From contig NC_042997.1 in NCBI RefSeq assembly GCF_006345805.1, positions 29,078,001-29,142,000 on the forward strand: DNA of 64,000 nt. The letters run 5' to 3'. This DNA is from Octopus sinensis. Its lineage: Eukaryota. Positions 26,100 through 38,423 of this stretch are shown here, in pieces (position 1 is the stretch's first letter; every line of letters begins with the position of its first letter). Below the pieces are notes generated by a model, which searched no databases, was not told the DNA's origin, and saw only the letters and a list, made by a program, of their open reading frames with translations. The position numbers were made by a program, and so were the translations under genes.

Positions 26100-26660
26100 T
26101 GGTGTAATTGAGACCCAAAGGTGTCAGGTAATACTGAATAAGTGCTATAGACAGACCATAGTTAAGGTCCAGATTCGGTAATATTGCGAATAAAGGGTTT
26201 AACGCTGGTTCTATATCAGCGTGTGTATATAAGAATTTTTTGTGAAATAAGATAAAAAAACCAAGGCTGTATAGATATTAGTCCATTTATATATAGAAGT
26301 TCTTACAGCTGTTTCTAGGATATTAATTAATAATATCCCTTCATCGGAGACGGTGTGAGAGGAAAAATTAACTTAATTCTATATTATCTGACCAAAATTT
26401 AAACAATACACACCAAATTACATAAAAAAACATAGAAAATATTAATACACAGTTAAAACAAAAATAAAGAATAAATTTTTAAAATGTGAAAACCACTAAA
26501 AGTATTCTCCCATGCCATTTATAGTAAAGAAGTATGGACGACCCTACATACAGAAGAAAATTGTACATACAACAAATTAGAGAAGAACCCGTGTATACCA
26601 CAGTTTTTCTCGGGTTGTGCATTTACGCGGAAACTATGCGCAAAATGTTAGACGAGATGA
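26100..26660. mobile_element. Penelope-like pseudo-LTR remnant
   Basis: Starts at (TA)n and carries a hammerhead-like motif with a palindromic CAGCTG stem III, typical of PLE pLTRs. Protein similarity is weak. Confidence 0.5.
26301..26350 (-). ncRNA. Minimal type I hammerhead-ribozyme-like motif, variant core
   Basis: Minus strand reads TCT-CCGATGA-AGGGATATTATTAATTAATATCCTA-GAAA-CAGCTG-TA-AGA: 3-bp stem I, 9-bp stem II, palindromic stem III, GUA triplet. The core has U4C. Confidence 0.55.
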
Positions 26661-26944
26661 CCATGCTTGGTGTGTAAAGTTTGGCGAAAATCGATTGGGT
26701 ATTGTGGAAATGTATGCGTCAGTCAAGACACACAGATAGACTGTGATTTATATATAGTAGATATATATAGATACGTGTGGGGTGGGTGGCTGTATGCGTG
26801 CGTGTGTGAGTATATGTGTGTGTGTGTGTATCAATTAAAATTAAGGATAAAATCTATATAAAATCAAGTACCAGTTAAGGTTAAAATTAATACGAAGTAT
26901 ATAATTTTATGCATATAATTATATGTATGAAATTATATACGTCG

Positions 26945-26999
<55 letters not shown>

Positions 27000-27429
27000 T
27001 TGTGTGTATATATGTATGTATATATGTATGTATATGTATATATATATTGAGTTGGGGTGTGTCATTGTTCATATTTCACACCTAAAAATAATGCTTGCAT
27101 TAAGTTAGTACAACGTTTCATATACTATGAAAGATACAAAATGCATTTGTTTTGGGAAGCTAATCCTGTTTTACACCTCTAAATGTATAGTTTTCCAGTA
27201 TAAACACTGAATATTTCGTCTAAAGAAACATGTTTGCAAGTGAATTTGAAGTGGGAACCCATCACGATATTCCGAAAATCTGTTTTTTTCTTTAAAAGTG
27301 AAGAATTGTAACAAACACCGGTTCAAATTATACTATTTGGAACAGATTTGTTGTACCTTGGTGGGATCATTACTCCAATAATGCTAATAATGGAATACAT
27401 GCAATGCAAACTTTAAATTGTCTCTTCGA

Positions 27430-28560
27430 CCTTATTTTTCATACAGAACGCATATCAAAACTTCTGCGTATGAGGTCCCCATGTATTTTATCTGACATCA
27501 ATTGAAGTATCACTTGGAGTCCCTCACCCTGTCAAATGATATTGATTTATTAGCTACTTCTTTTCTTCTGTATATCAATGATATATTTATCACTTGCAAA
27601 AACAGCCACTGTTATGCAGATAGCAGCGTCCGTTATTTCTCTTTAATATTGCCCAACCATAAGTTCGCGAGCTGGCAGAATCGTTAGCACTTCAGAAAAA
27701 ATGCTTTGCAGCATTCCGTCTGTGTTTACACTCTGTGTTCATATTCTGACGAAGTTAACTTTGCCTTTCATTCTTACAGTGTCGACAAAATAATTACCAG
27801 TTGTACACTGGAATCGATATCATCGCCTCTCCCTCCCCCGAAATTGTCGGCGTTATGCCAAAATTTAAAACCAGTATTCCTTAACCATGCGTTATCTACT
27901 CTCATTCTAGATACAACTTGTGAAAAGCACAATCAATGAGAAAACCCTCGATACAATCAACAACTGGACTATGTTAATATAAACTCTCAGCTACTGCTAT
28001 TAATGTCAAGAAATAACATCAAGCTGATGCATCACAGAACCACTACAATCACCTCCCTAATTATCAGAAATAATCAGCTAAATAATGAATTGCTAAGTCT
28101 GCCTATCACGGAATAAACGACCGCTGCATGATTTCAGACTATATTTAAATCCGCAACAACTGATAATCTACAAATCTATAAGCTCGACAATAGACAACTG
28201 AATTCCTGTCAGAAACATAGCTATTAGAGATATAGCTCTCAGAGATACACCTTCTTCTTACGTAAGCAATCTAGAGCTCTTCTTTTAACAGAAAAATTCC
28301 ACCGGTTGACATCCTAACATCTAGCTAAGCAAATGTCATATCTGGCTGCCTAGCGCCATAACAACAACCACAAAATGCCATACTCCTTGCCCTTTCTCCT
28401 CACTCTTATTATGTCCATCCATGTAGGTCACGCATTCATCTTTACACCGGGTTCTTTCCTTCCAGAACACTGAACGCTTTGAAATTCCATCCTAAACACA
28501 TCAATTCTGGTGGTAATTGTTTCCGAAGATATAGCGGTATCATTGACCGCATCAATCTTG
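27430..28560 (+). mobile_element. CR1/Jockey-group LINE RT remnant, heavily decayed
   Basis: GVP, SFLLYINDI and HCYADSS motifs near 27515-27635. The downstream sequence is weakly similar to CR1-type C-termini. Confidence 0.55.
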
Positions 28561-29312
28561 CCGGTATATTAGAAACATTATCACCCGCCAGTATCCCAGA
28601 CCCAGCAGCATAAAAGCAAATCTCACTACCTCTCGATACATTTTCTTTGACACATACTGATTGCTTAATGTCTTCGGTGCTATTGCTTGATATTTATGCA
28701 CATAATAACGCGGATTATCGAATATACTGGCACCACTCCGAAGACGTTTTAGGCCGGTACAGTGCCTTGGTATAAGTTACAGTTTTGCGGGCTGCGATCA
28801 AACTGGAAATCATCTTTGATTCCATTTCCAGTTTCTTATTTAGTGTTCAGTCTTCAGTAGTTATTAAAACTGATAGAATATGCATTGCGAAAAATACATA
28901 AAGTCTAAATAAACACAGACCTAGATTTGATCTGCATCATGTACAACCGAGCTGGTTAAAATTCAGTTAAGATTTGGATGCACATAAAAAAATGTAGTTG
29001 CATTTGAGGATCTCGAGAACAAGCATGGATTCTATCAATATTGTAGTGTTTCTCATGCAACAAAATTCAATTTAAACTGTATTAATTTTATTTTTCTAAT
29101 TATAACCCCTTCATTAATTTTGATGACTTTATCGTCTTTCTGTCGACTATGCATCATGTTATCAAGTTTTTATTCAGTTCTATATTGGTTTATCTTTAGC
29201 TTTTATGGATCATAATTTACTCATTGTTCCCTGTGGAACATCATTAATATTAGCTTCGTGTACAATAAGATAATTTTCAACCAACACCGCCTCCTCGTCC
29301 GATGGCATCTTC

Positions 29313-29313
29313 G

Positions 29314-29348
<35 letters not shown>

Positions 29349-29364
29349 GTCGTCGTCATTGTCG

Positions 29365-29419
<55 letters not shown>

Positions 29420-29430
29420 TTTTATCATCA
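29313..29430. repeat. (CAT)n/(CGT)n microsatellite
   Basis: Direct inspection; explains the poly-H and poly-M ORFs. Confidence 0.95.
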
Positions 29431-29975
29431 TAGTGAACAGATTTATTAATGCTCTACTTAGGGTACATTATTTCTGTCTTCGTTTATATATTAGCTCTCC
29501 TACCATTATATATTATTTTTCTGTCCTCTTAATGTTTTCGCTTTCTTGATTGAAAAGAAACATGAAGTTACTAATGAATGGAAGGCCAATTTACGTTAAT
29601 AACAATTTTAAACTCATTTCCTATGACATTTTAATTACGTTATTTAAAAAAAAAGACTGCTTTTAATATTTTCAATGATTTATACAGCTATTTAAAAATA
29701 TAACAAGTATATTGCAAAACCTGTGAAGCAAGAATAAAATGTATGTTTTTTTTTTTAAAACATAGTTTGAATACATAAAACTTTACGTACAAATTTTTCA
29801 AAAGTGTACATATGTGTATGTCTGTGTACGTGTGTGTGTAACTGTGTATCTATGTGCGTGCACTCGTGGGCGTACCTGCATACATTTTGTGTGTATGTCT
29901 ATGCGTGTATACATACATCTGTGTGTCTGTATATATATTCATATATATATATATAATATATATATATATGTATAT

Positions 29976-30068
<93 letters not shown>

Positions 30069-30071
<3 letters not shown>

Positions 30072-30382
30072 GAGGCGCAATGGCCCAGTGGTTAGGGCAG
30101 CGGACTCGCGGTCATAGGATCACGGTTTCGATTCCTAGACTAGGCATTGTGAGTGTTTATTGAGCGAAAACACCTAAAGCTCCACGAGGCTCCGGCAGGG
30201 GGTGGTGGCAATCCCTGCTGTACTCTTTCGCCGCAAGTTTCTCTCACTCTTTCTTCTGTTGGCCTACCTCCTTAGCCAGCGGGGTGGCGTCATTTAAAGG
30301 CTAAAACAATGCGAAGCGCATTGTGACCAGTGATGTGTAGCAACATCTGATAGCCTGGTCGGTCACGGTGATCACGGTGATA
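30069..30382 (+). mobile_element. SINE family 3 head/body with an alternative 3' tail
   Basis: The first ~185 nt match family 3. The tail GTTGGCCTACCTCCTTAGCCAGC...GGTCACGGTGATCACGGTGATA is unrelated to the family-3 tail. Confidence 0.85.
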
Positions 30383-30429
30383 TAAATACAATAACAATTT
30401 AACAAATAAAACATATGTATATATAGATG

Positions 30430-30484
<55 letters not shown>

Positions 30485-30490
<6 letters not shown>

Positions 30491-30955
30491 TACAGGACAC
30501 CACAAATAAACGTAGAACACAGCGAGAAACGAAAACATAAAAACAAACAAGGGAACGGACTTTTTTTTAACAACGAAAAAACAGGGTACAAGACAAAAAA
30601 TACAAGGAATATTCCCCTTCATCAGGTGCCCCTGGTTCGACTCAATGCGTGTTTCGAAGGTAAGGGCAGTACACGAACCATCCTTCCTGCAAAATGAATT
30701 AAATAAAATTCTTTTGCAGAGGGGTAAACCATGGAAAGAAAAAAAGTGTCAAGAACAGGACGTAAAAGCAATACAAATAAAAATACAGTACACATAAAGA
30801 ATAAAAACAGGACAAGGAAGCCAACAATGTGGGCTTTTAAAGCCTAGACGGTGGAAAAATTCGATGGAGCGCAAATTCAGAAAATCGACTGCTAGAGACA
30901 GAAGTCGATGTTGACTTGTTGAAACCTACGAGCAAAAAAATGTTAGTAGTCCAGT

Positions 30956-31006
<51 letters not shown>

Positions 31007-31715
31007 ATTTATAAAATAGAGGTTTATAATAGCAGGCCCCGCATACGAAACCCCCGCCTCATTAACTTTTTAGATACCCTCTTAAAACCATTCCTCAGCA
31101 TGTCAAAATCCATATAAGGGACGACCTGGATATGCCCAAACACCTTCCTGAAACAATAAACAAAAAACCCTACTTGTATCCTTCGATGTAGTCAACTACT
31201 ATTCCAATATCCCCCACAAACTAAGAATGGAGGTAATTCAATTCTAGCCAGTGATTTACGACAAATAACTCCCACATCGCATCAAAAAAGAATTCGTGTT
31301 AGAAGGCCTAAAATTCATCTTGGAGAATAACTACTATTTCTTCAAAGACTACTTCTATCGACAAAAATCGGGCACTGCGATGGGTACGAGAATGCCCCAC
31401 TCCTTTTCTAACCTAGTTATGGGATATCTAGAAATTAGTCTTTATCGTTAGATTCTCGAGGAATACGACAGCCCATTCTCCCGCTACATAGAAAACAACT
31501 GGAAGAGATACCTGGAAGAATGTTTCATTCTTTGCCATGACAGTAAAGAGAGACTTAAAGAATTACAAGCACTTATAAATGGACTTGACATAAACATTTA
31601 ATTCATGATGGAATATAGCCATCAACAACTTCCCTTCCACGTCATCCTTATCAAGAAATCTAACAACGCGGTAGAAACAGATATATACTATAAGCCAACG
31701 GACTCCAAGCAATAT
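30485..31715 (+). mobile_element. Penelope-like element: pLTR-like segment (30485-30958), (TA)n, RT fragment (31020-31715)
   Basis: RT motifs EFVLEGLKFILENNYYFFKDYFYRQKSGTAMGTR, NLVMGYLE, WKRYLEECF (degenerate RYxDD) and VETDIYYKPTDSKQYL. The pLTR assignment is inferred. Confidence 0.8.
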
Positions 31716-32431
31716 CTACCGTTGACTTTGTTGATCTCATCAAGCCACTTGACAATCACCAGATCAATGGAGTGTGTTAAAAGAAATGATAAGTCATAAC
31801 AAGGTTACAGATCTAATGCAAATTTTGTATAACATATAGACTAGTGTGTACTTTAGTTGTAATGAACCTTTACCTGGTGGAAGCGGAATAAAGCAATGCA
31901 ACATTCACGCACGAACGGAACATAGAGATATAGTGTCAAAATGTAACAAAGCATAAATGATTGGGGCAATTTGTTTTACTAAAACATTCAAGGTGGTATC
32001 TCTAGCATGCCTGCAGTCTAATAACTGAACTACAAAAAGGTGAAAGGTATATTTTTGCGGGCTTGGGTGTGTGGGTTCGAGCGTGGGTGTGGAGGTGTGT
32101 GTATATGGGGAGGGGGTGATTGATTTAAGGATTGAATAAGTTTCTCAACTTTCCAACTTCCCAACCACAGTTATCTCATAGTTTTCAGAAACAATGAACC
32201 GAATAATTCACTGTGTTTTTGGATATCAACAAGAACAATGGTTATGAAAAACGGCGACAGATTTAGTTTAAACTAAATTACAAAATGTAGATTGCTCTGG
32301 CTTTGCTTTTCACTGAATTATAATATACTTTTCATATTTACTGACTTCAAAGCCTGAAATCAATTTATAGCGGCCAGAATTAACATTACACTTTAAATTA
32401 TAATTGTTTTTCATTTCATTATGATGTTCCC

Positions 32432-32816
32432 GTGGAGGCGCAATGGCCCAGTGATTAGGGCAGCGGACTCGCGGTCATAGGATCGCGGTTTCAATTCCCA
32501 GACCAGGCGTTGTGAGTGTTTATTGAGCGAAAACACCTAAAGCTCCACGAGGCTCCGGCAGGGGATGGTGGTGATCCCTGCTGTACTTTTTCACCACAAC
32601 TTTTTCTCACACTTCCTGTTTCTGTTGTACCTGTATTTCAAAGGGCCGGCCTTGTCACTCTCTGTGTCACGCTGAATATTCCCGAGAACTACGTTAAGGG
32701 TACACGTGTCTGTGGGGTACTCAGCCACTTACACGTTAATTTCACGAGCAGGCTGTTCCGTTGATTCGGATCAACCGGAACCCTCATCGTCGTAACCGAA
32801 GGAGTGCTTCCTTCCC
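32432..32816 (+). mobile_element. SINE family 3, full length with 11-bp target-site duplication
   Basis: ATGATGTTCCC at 32421-32431 and 32817-32827 flanks the element. Confidence 0.93.
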
Positions 32817-32989
32817 ATGATGTTCCCTCCAAATTGTTGCATTACTGCTTCTGCCGTAGAGTCTCTCGTCTCTTTTCTCTTTTCTCTTTTCTCTTATTTC
32901 TTCTTTCTTTTACTTCATGTTACATATCGGTAGCTTTTTCTTGTTATCGTTGCTGTTATTGTTTTTGTTGTTGTTGTTGTTCTTAAGGT

Positions 32990-33184
32990 GATGACCTGGC
33001 AGAGTCGTTAGCTCACAGGGCAAAATAGTTAGCCGTATTTTGTCCGTCTTAACTTTCTGAGTTCAAATTCCACCGAGGTCGACATAGCCTTTCATCATTT
33101 CGGGGTTGATAGATGAAGTACCAGTGTAGTCCACATCCGCAAAATTTCTGGCCTAGTGCCATCAGTAGAACAGATTATTATTAA

Positions 33185-33244
<60 letters not shown>

Positions 33245-33296
33245 CATTATTATTATTATTATTGTTATTATCATTATTATTATCATTATTATTATT
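32990..33296 (+). mobile_element. SINE family 1 variant with different 3' end and (ATT)n tail
   Basis: Head and CACCGAGGTCGACATAGCCTTTCATC domain, then AAAATTTCTGGCCTAGTGCC...CAG(ATT)n. A further degenerate copy follows at about 33310-33480. Confidence 0.75.
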
Positions 33297-33594
33297 GAGA
33301 CAACAAACTTGTAGAATCGTTACCACACTGCTGAAATGCTAAGCGGTGTTTTGTTCGTCTTAACCTTTTGAGTTCATAATCTGCCGGTGATTTACCCCTT
33401 GTTGATGTAAAAGGTACCTGTAAGGCGCTAGACTCGATGTACTCATCTACACCCTCCCAAAAAATGCTACAGGCCTATAGTAGAAAGTATTATTATTATT
33501 TGTACATACTGATTCTAAACATCATATATTTTTCTGTAATTTGTAATGGTACTTGCTACTGCTGCTGCTGCTGTTTCTACTACTACTGCTACTA

Positions 33595-33627
<33 letters not shown>

Positions 33628-35174
33628 CTACTGGTTCATCACAATAGAGCTATTTTACTATTGATTCGTTGTCAACTTTGCTTATCTTTCTATTTATTTT
33701 CCAATATGACTTTGTTGATATGCCGCGCGGAAATAATTATATAAATTTAATGCCATAAAACAAATGGAACATTCCGACAATCACCATAGAGCAACGATGA
33801 AATCAATAATATACGTTAATGCGGTGATAAATTACTTCCGGTAATTAACATTTCACCTGGAAAATATATTTGTGTTAATATATATATATATTAATAACAT
33901 CACGTTTTCCGTTAATATTAAAGTGATACTGTCTATTTTACTGTTTACAATGCAACTTCTAGATTAACGTTTATAAAAATTAACATGCAAAGCAAGGTGG
34001 GAATATTGTTTGCGTGAAAACTGTGCACCAGGCCTCCGGTGTCATCATAAGAATTAAGAGAAATCGGATTCAACATATTTGGTGTTATTCAACTACACAC
34101 AAAGAAATGTTCAAAAGTCTTCAAGGCCCCTGGAAAGTTGTTTTTGACATTCAGCTTTCTTTGTGTCATACAATTCCTAAAGCTAATATAATCGCTGCAT
34201 TTGTTTCCTGTGTAGTCTTTCTAATTATTTTTACTCACACGCACACACACACATAGGAAGTGCAACATTTATTACCCACCGGGTAGCTGTGTGAAGGATT
34301 TCAAATACCGTTGCTATTTCTTAAAGCTAATATTAGAGTTTCCAAAGTAATTTCTTTCATTTAAACTTAAAACTTCGCTATTTAACGTTGAGGACAATAA
34401 ATGAAACAATTATTATCAAAGATTATTGTACTTGAATTTTCTTTTAATTCCTTGATATATTTACCTTCAGGCGTAAAAAGCGGTGAAAACTTTACTAAAT
34501 GCTAAGAACTTCCATCAAATTTCATGTACTCCATCTGCTATGGCCAGGTAGTATTGATATACGTCAGAGAAAAGTTAAATTCATATTACAAAGCTCGCAT
34601 ACTAAATACTTTTGTTTAGAGTTAAGTGAAATTTAGTTGCGTTCTCACTACCGACAATAAATTATTGCTTCAATTATACTTACAAATTTTCGCTCAAGGC
34701 TAGCAATTTCAACGACTAAAGAACTGGCGATTATATCGGCACCAAGTTCTCAACAGTCAATAATATTATCGACCCTGAAATTATGAATAGCAAAGACGAC
34801 CTCCAGAAATTTTGTGTTCAGTATTGCAGTGATTCAATTATAAGCTTATTTCCATTTTCCAAAACTTGCATTATTATGAAAATTCGGTGGACGAATTTAA
34901 ATAAGGCAGTCCACTGCATTCATAAATGCGGTCTTTAAGTACTATTATTTATTATGATATTGAAAAGAGATGTTTTAGACTTCACCTAATTAATTTTTAG
35001 ATTCATATCTAACTATTCCTAATATGCATGCATCCTAATTTTTTAATTAAGCCTGGTATGTTATTACATTTCAATTTTGCATAACAACATAATACATGAT
35101 CTAATTCTGTTTATATTCATTTATTAGAACATATGCGTGTACACATGACTTTAATTATCCATATATATATATAT

Positions 35175-35228
35175 GATTGATTGATTCCAGTTTCAGCTCA
35201 TGAGCTGTGGCCATGCTGGGGCACCGCC
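35175..35228 (-). mobile_element. ~50-nt mini-retroposon, third copy
   Basis: GATTGATTGATTCCAGTTTCAGCTCATGAGCTGTGGCCATGCTGGGGCACCGCC inside (TA)n, with a (TCAA)n-type tail. Confidence 0.7.
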
Positions 35229-35331
<103 letters not shown>

Positions 35332-36772
35332 GTGTATAGGGTAAAAAAAGATTAGTTATTTATGCAAATCTATTTTTTATGTATAAAATTTGGAGGTTGA
35401 AATAACAAAGAAGTAAATCTAAGACATTTCAGTTAAGAAAGAATTTTACAAAATGATTTAAAACTTATATAAAGAAAATAATGCTGGTTTCGATGATAAA
35501 TCTTATCTTATCAAATGTTAGCAAAAACTTATAAAAGTTTGAAATAAAAACAGTTTTTCTTCTATTTGGGGGTCAAAAATGTGTGTGGAGATTTTTCGTT
35601 CAAGTGTTCTTTAACTACAGTTTGGTATAAAGTTCAAGATGTTAGAGAAGGTGCATAGGTGTCTATTGTCTGATATCATTTCTGTGGGTTCCTGCTAGCT
35701 GAGTGTCTGAAAACCATTTATTGAATGGGTTTTATATCTACCTGTGTGTGATTGTGTGTGTGGGCGTGTGTTTGTGTCTGTGTGTTTGTGTGTATTGTGT
35801 TGAATACGTTTGGAATGTGTGTTGATGGATGTGTATATTGAGATGACTGTCTTTGTAAAGAAGAATTTAGCATTTTCCTTCTTTGGGTTTGAGTGTCTCC
35901 ACCTGTGTGTATGTGAGTGTGCTTGATGTTTTATTTGTTCCCGCGACGTTTGCATTTGTGCGTATGTGTATGTATAACTGTAAGCGTGTGAATTTGTGTG
36001 TGTGCAGACGTGTGTGTATGGTTTTGCGATGATTTCTTTTGTGTGTATGTGTTTGTATGTGTGTGGATGTTTTTTTTTGCGATATCTTCTTTTGTACACG
36101 CAGTAACACACGCACACACAAACACACATACATACACACAGCTGGAGACAGTCAAAGGACACTGCAAGGAAACCAACCAACACATACACACGAAAGAAAG
36201 TGTCGCAAAAACATTCACACACACACACACAGCTAGAGACGCTCAAAGGAAAAGTAAAATACAATGAAACTAAATACTATTTTTTTCTCTTTAACAACTT
36301 ATTCCTAACAATATATTGAAAGGACATTTAGATTAATATACGCACACACTTACACACACATACACACACAGAGGAGGACATAAAACATTTAAGTCATTCA
36401 TTTGTTAGGCAACCATAGAGAATTTTTTGAGACAATAGACGACTGCAGCCCGTCTCTACGACTTTGCACTCTGTACCAAGCTATGTTTAAACAACACTTC
36501 AACGAAAATAATTCCAGATGTGTTTTTAACCCCCAAACACAGAAGATAGACTGTTTTTACTTCAGACTTTTATAATTTTTTACTAATATTTAATGAGATG
36601 GGAAACCGGTAATATTCTATATTTTCTTCATGCATCTTTTAAATCATTTCATTAGATTCTTTCAAAATTGAAATTTCTTAGACTTATTTCTGTGATATGT
36701 CTACCTACATCTTTTACATATATATAAAATTGATTTGTATTGATCTCGAATATTTTTCAACTTATATATGTC

Positions 36773-36807
<35 letters not shown>

Positions 36808-37306
36808 AAAGCAATAAAGATTCAAGTTAATTTAAATGAATTTACTTGAATATGGTACCTAACTTAGATGCACCAAAAAAAACTATACTGTTTTAACAAT
36901 ACAGTAATGTGGGGTGATTATAAGCGAGAAAGAAGCAACAAGAATGGATAGGTTTTTAGTACAATCGTTTCATACAAGGACAGGCTTTATTAAATGTTGC
37001 AAAAATTACAGCATATAAACGTGTCCCGTACTCATCAGCTAAAATACATGTGAGTTCTCTAGACATCCTAGTGGTTGAGGCTATACTCATGAAGTAATGT
37101 AGATAATTAAGTAACATAAACAGATTTCCAAAGTTCATTAAAGTTCTTTAAAGATGATGTATAGTCTTATCACAGAATTTAAAAAAAGTTTTAATAGCAT
37201 CACAGAGAAGGTGACCTAATCCATAGTGCACATATGAATTTCCAGAGATATGAGGAGGGATTACATACTCACAGACGACAAATTTATATATATATATATA
37301 TATATA

Positions 37307-38099
37307 TCTCTATATAAACGGCAGTTTGTCTGTCTGCGTGTCTGTGTGTCTGTTAGGTTGTACCCTCACGCTGACCACGGCTTTCAACCGATTCTGATGA
37401 AACTTGACACACACACAGCCCAATGTCATAATTCAAAACTAACGCAGCGAAAATTTTGAAAAGTTCCCCCAGTTCTGAAAAAAAATCGATAAATTCGACA
37501 TGGGGGTCGAGAATCAGAAACACAAACCACAGACTGTCTAGGGGACGCAACTCGACCTTTTTAACTATCAAAATAAAATTTACTCTCTTTACTCTTTTAC
37601 TCTTTTACTTGTTTCAGTCATTTGACTGCGGCCATGCTGGAGCACCGCCTTTAGTCGAGCAAATCGACCCCGGGACTTATTCTTTGTAAGCCCAGTACTT
37701 ATTCTATCGGTCTCTTTTGCCGAACCGCTAAGTGACGGGGACGTAAACACACCAGCATCGGTTGTTAAGCAATGCTAGGGGGACAAACACAGACACACAA
37801 ACATATACACACACACTTATATATATATATACATATATACGACAGGCTTCTTTCAGTTTCCGTCTACCAAATCCACTCACAAGGCATTGGTTGGCCCGGG
37901 GCTATAGCAGAAGACACTTGCCCAAGATGCCACGCAGTGGGACTGAACCCGGAACCATGTGGTTGGCTAGCAAGCTACTTACCACACAGCCACCATCATT
38001 TTTCTTCCATCTTTTTGCTATTTTTTGGCTATAACTCTCTAAAAATGCTTTATAGTTATTTCCCTTACAAACCCGAGCAACGCCGGGCGATACTGCTAG
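37307..38099 (+). mobile_element. Non-autonomous Helitron-like element interrupted by a SINE
   Basis: 5' TC(TC)TATATAAA..TTGTCTGT and 3' GCAACGCCGGGCGATACTG-CTAG followed by T. The 3' end is shared with 52990-53357. Confidence 0.75.
37583..37990 (-). mobile_element. SINE family 2, young near-full copy nested in the Helitron-like element
   Basis: Near-consensus family 2 sequence. Confidence 0.92.
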
Positions 38100-38130
<31 letters not shown>

Positions 38131-38183
38131 ATATATATATGTGTGTGTGTGTATGTGTGTGTGTGTATGCATACATACATCTT

Positions 38184-38221
<38 letters not shown>

Positions 38222-38367
38222 CATTTAACTACGTTTAAGGAAAACCTTTTAAGTACACACATACAAGCTTCTATCCTATTATGCAGAGTACCACTTTCTA
38301 TTTCAAATTTGCAACAGCAATTTTTCTGTGATACTAACGATCTATGCTGATATCTCGTAGGATAAAT

Positions 38368-38423
<56 letters not shown>

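Noticed and set aside
27170-27230. LRR-looking peptide RNISVFILENYTFRGVKQ on minus
   Set aside because: Very short, ends in a stop, and cannot be linked by phase to the gene model; likely chance.
29225-29300. LRR-looking peptide ENYLIVHEANINDVPQGTM on minus
   Set aside because: No credible pyrimidine-rich acceptor; it abuts a microsatellite.
30600-30660. CTGATGA and GAAAC boxes in the pLTR at 30.6 kb (minus)
   Set aside because: Stems I and III do not pair in any hammerhead topology.
33800-33860. Phase-1 acceptor giving SEMLITGSNLSPH* on minus
   Set aside because: It could terminate the LRR-like model but is only 13 codons and one of several equally plausible options; unsupported.
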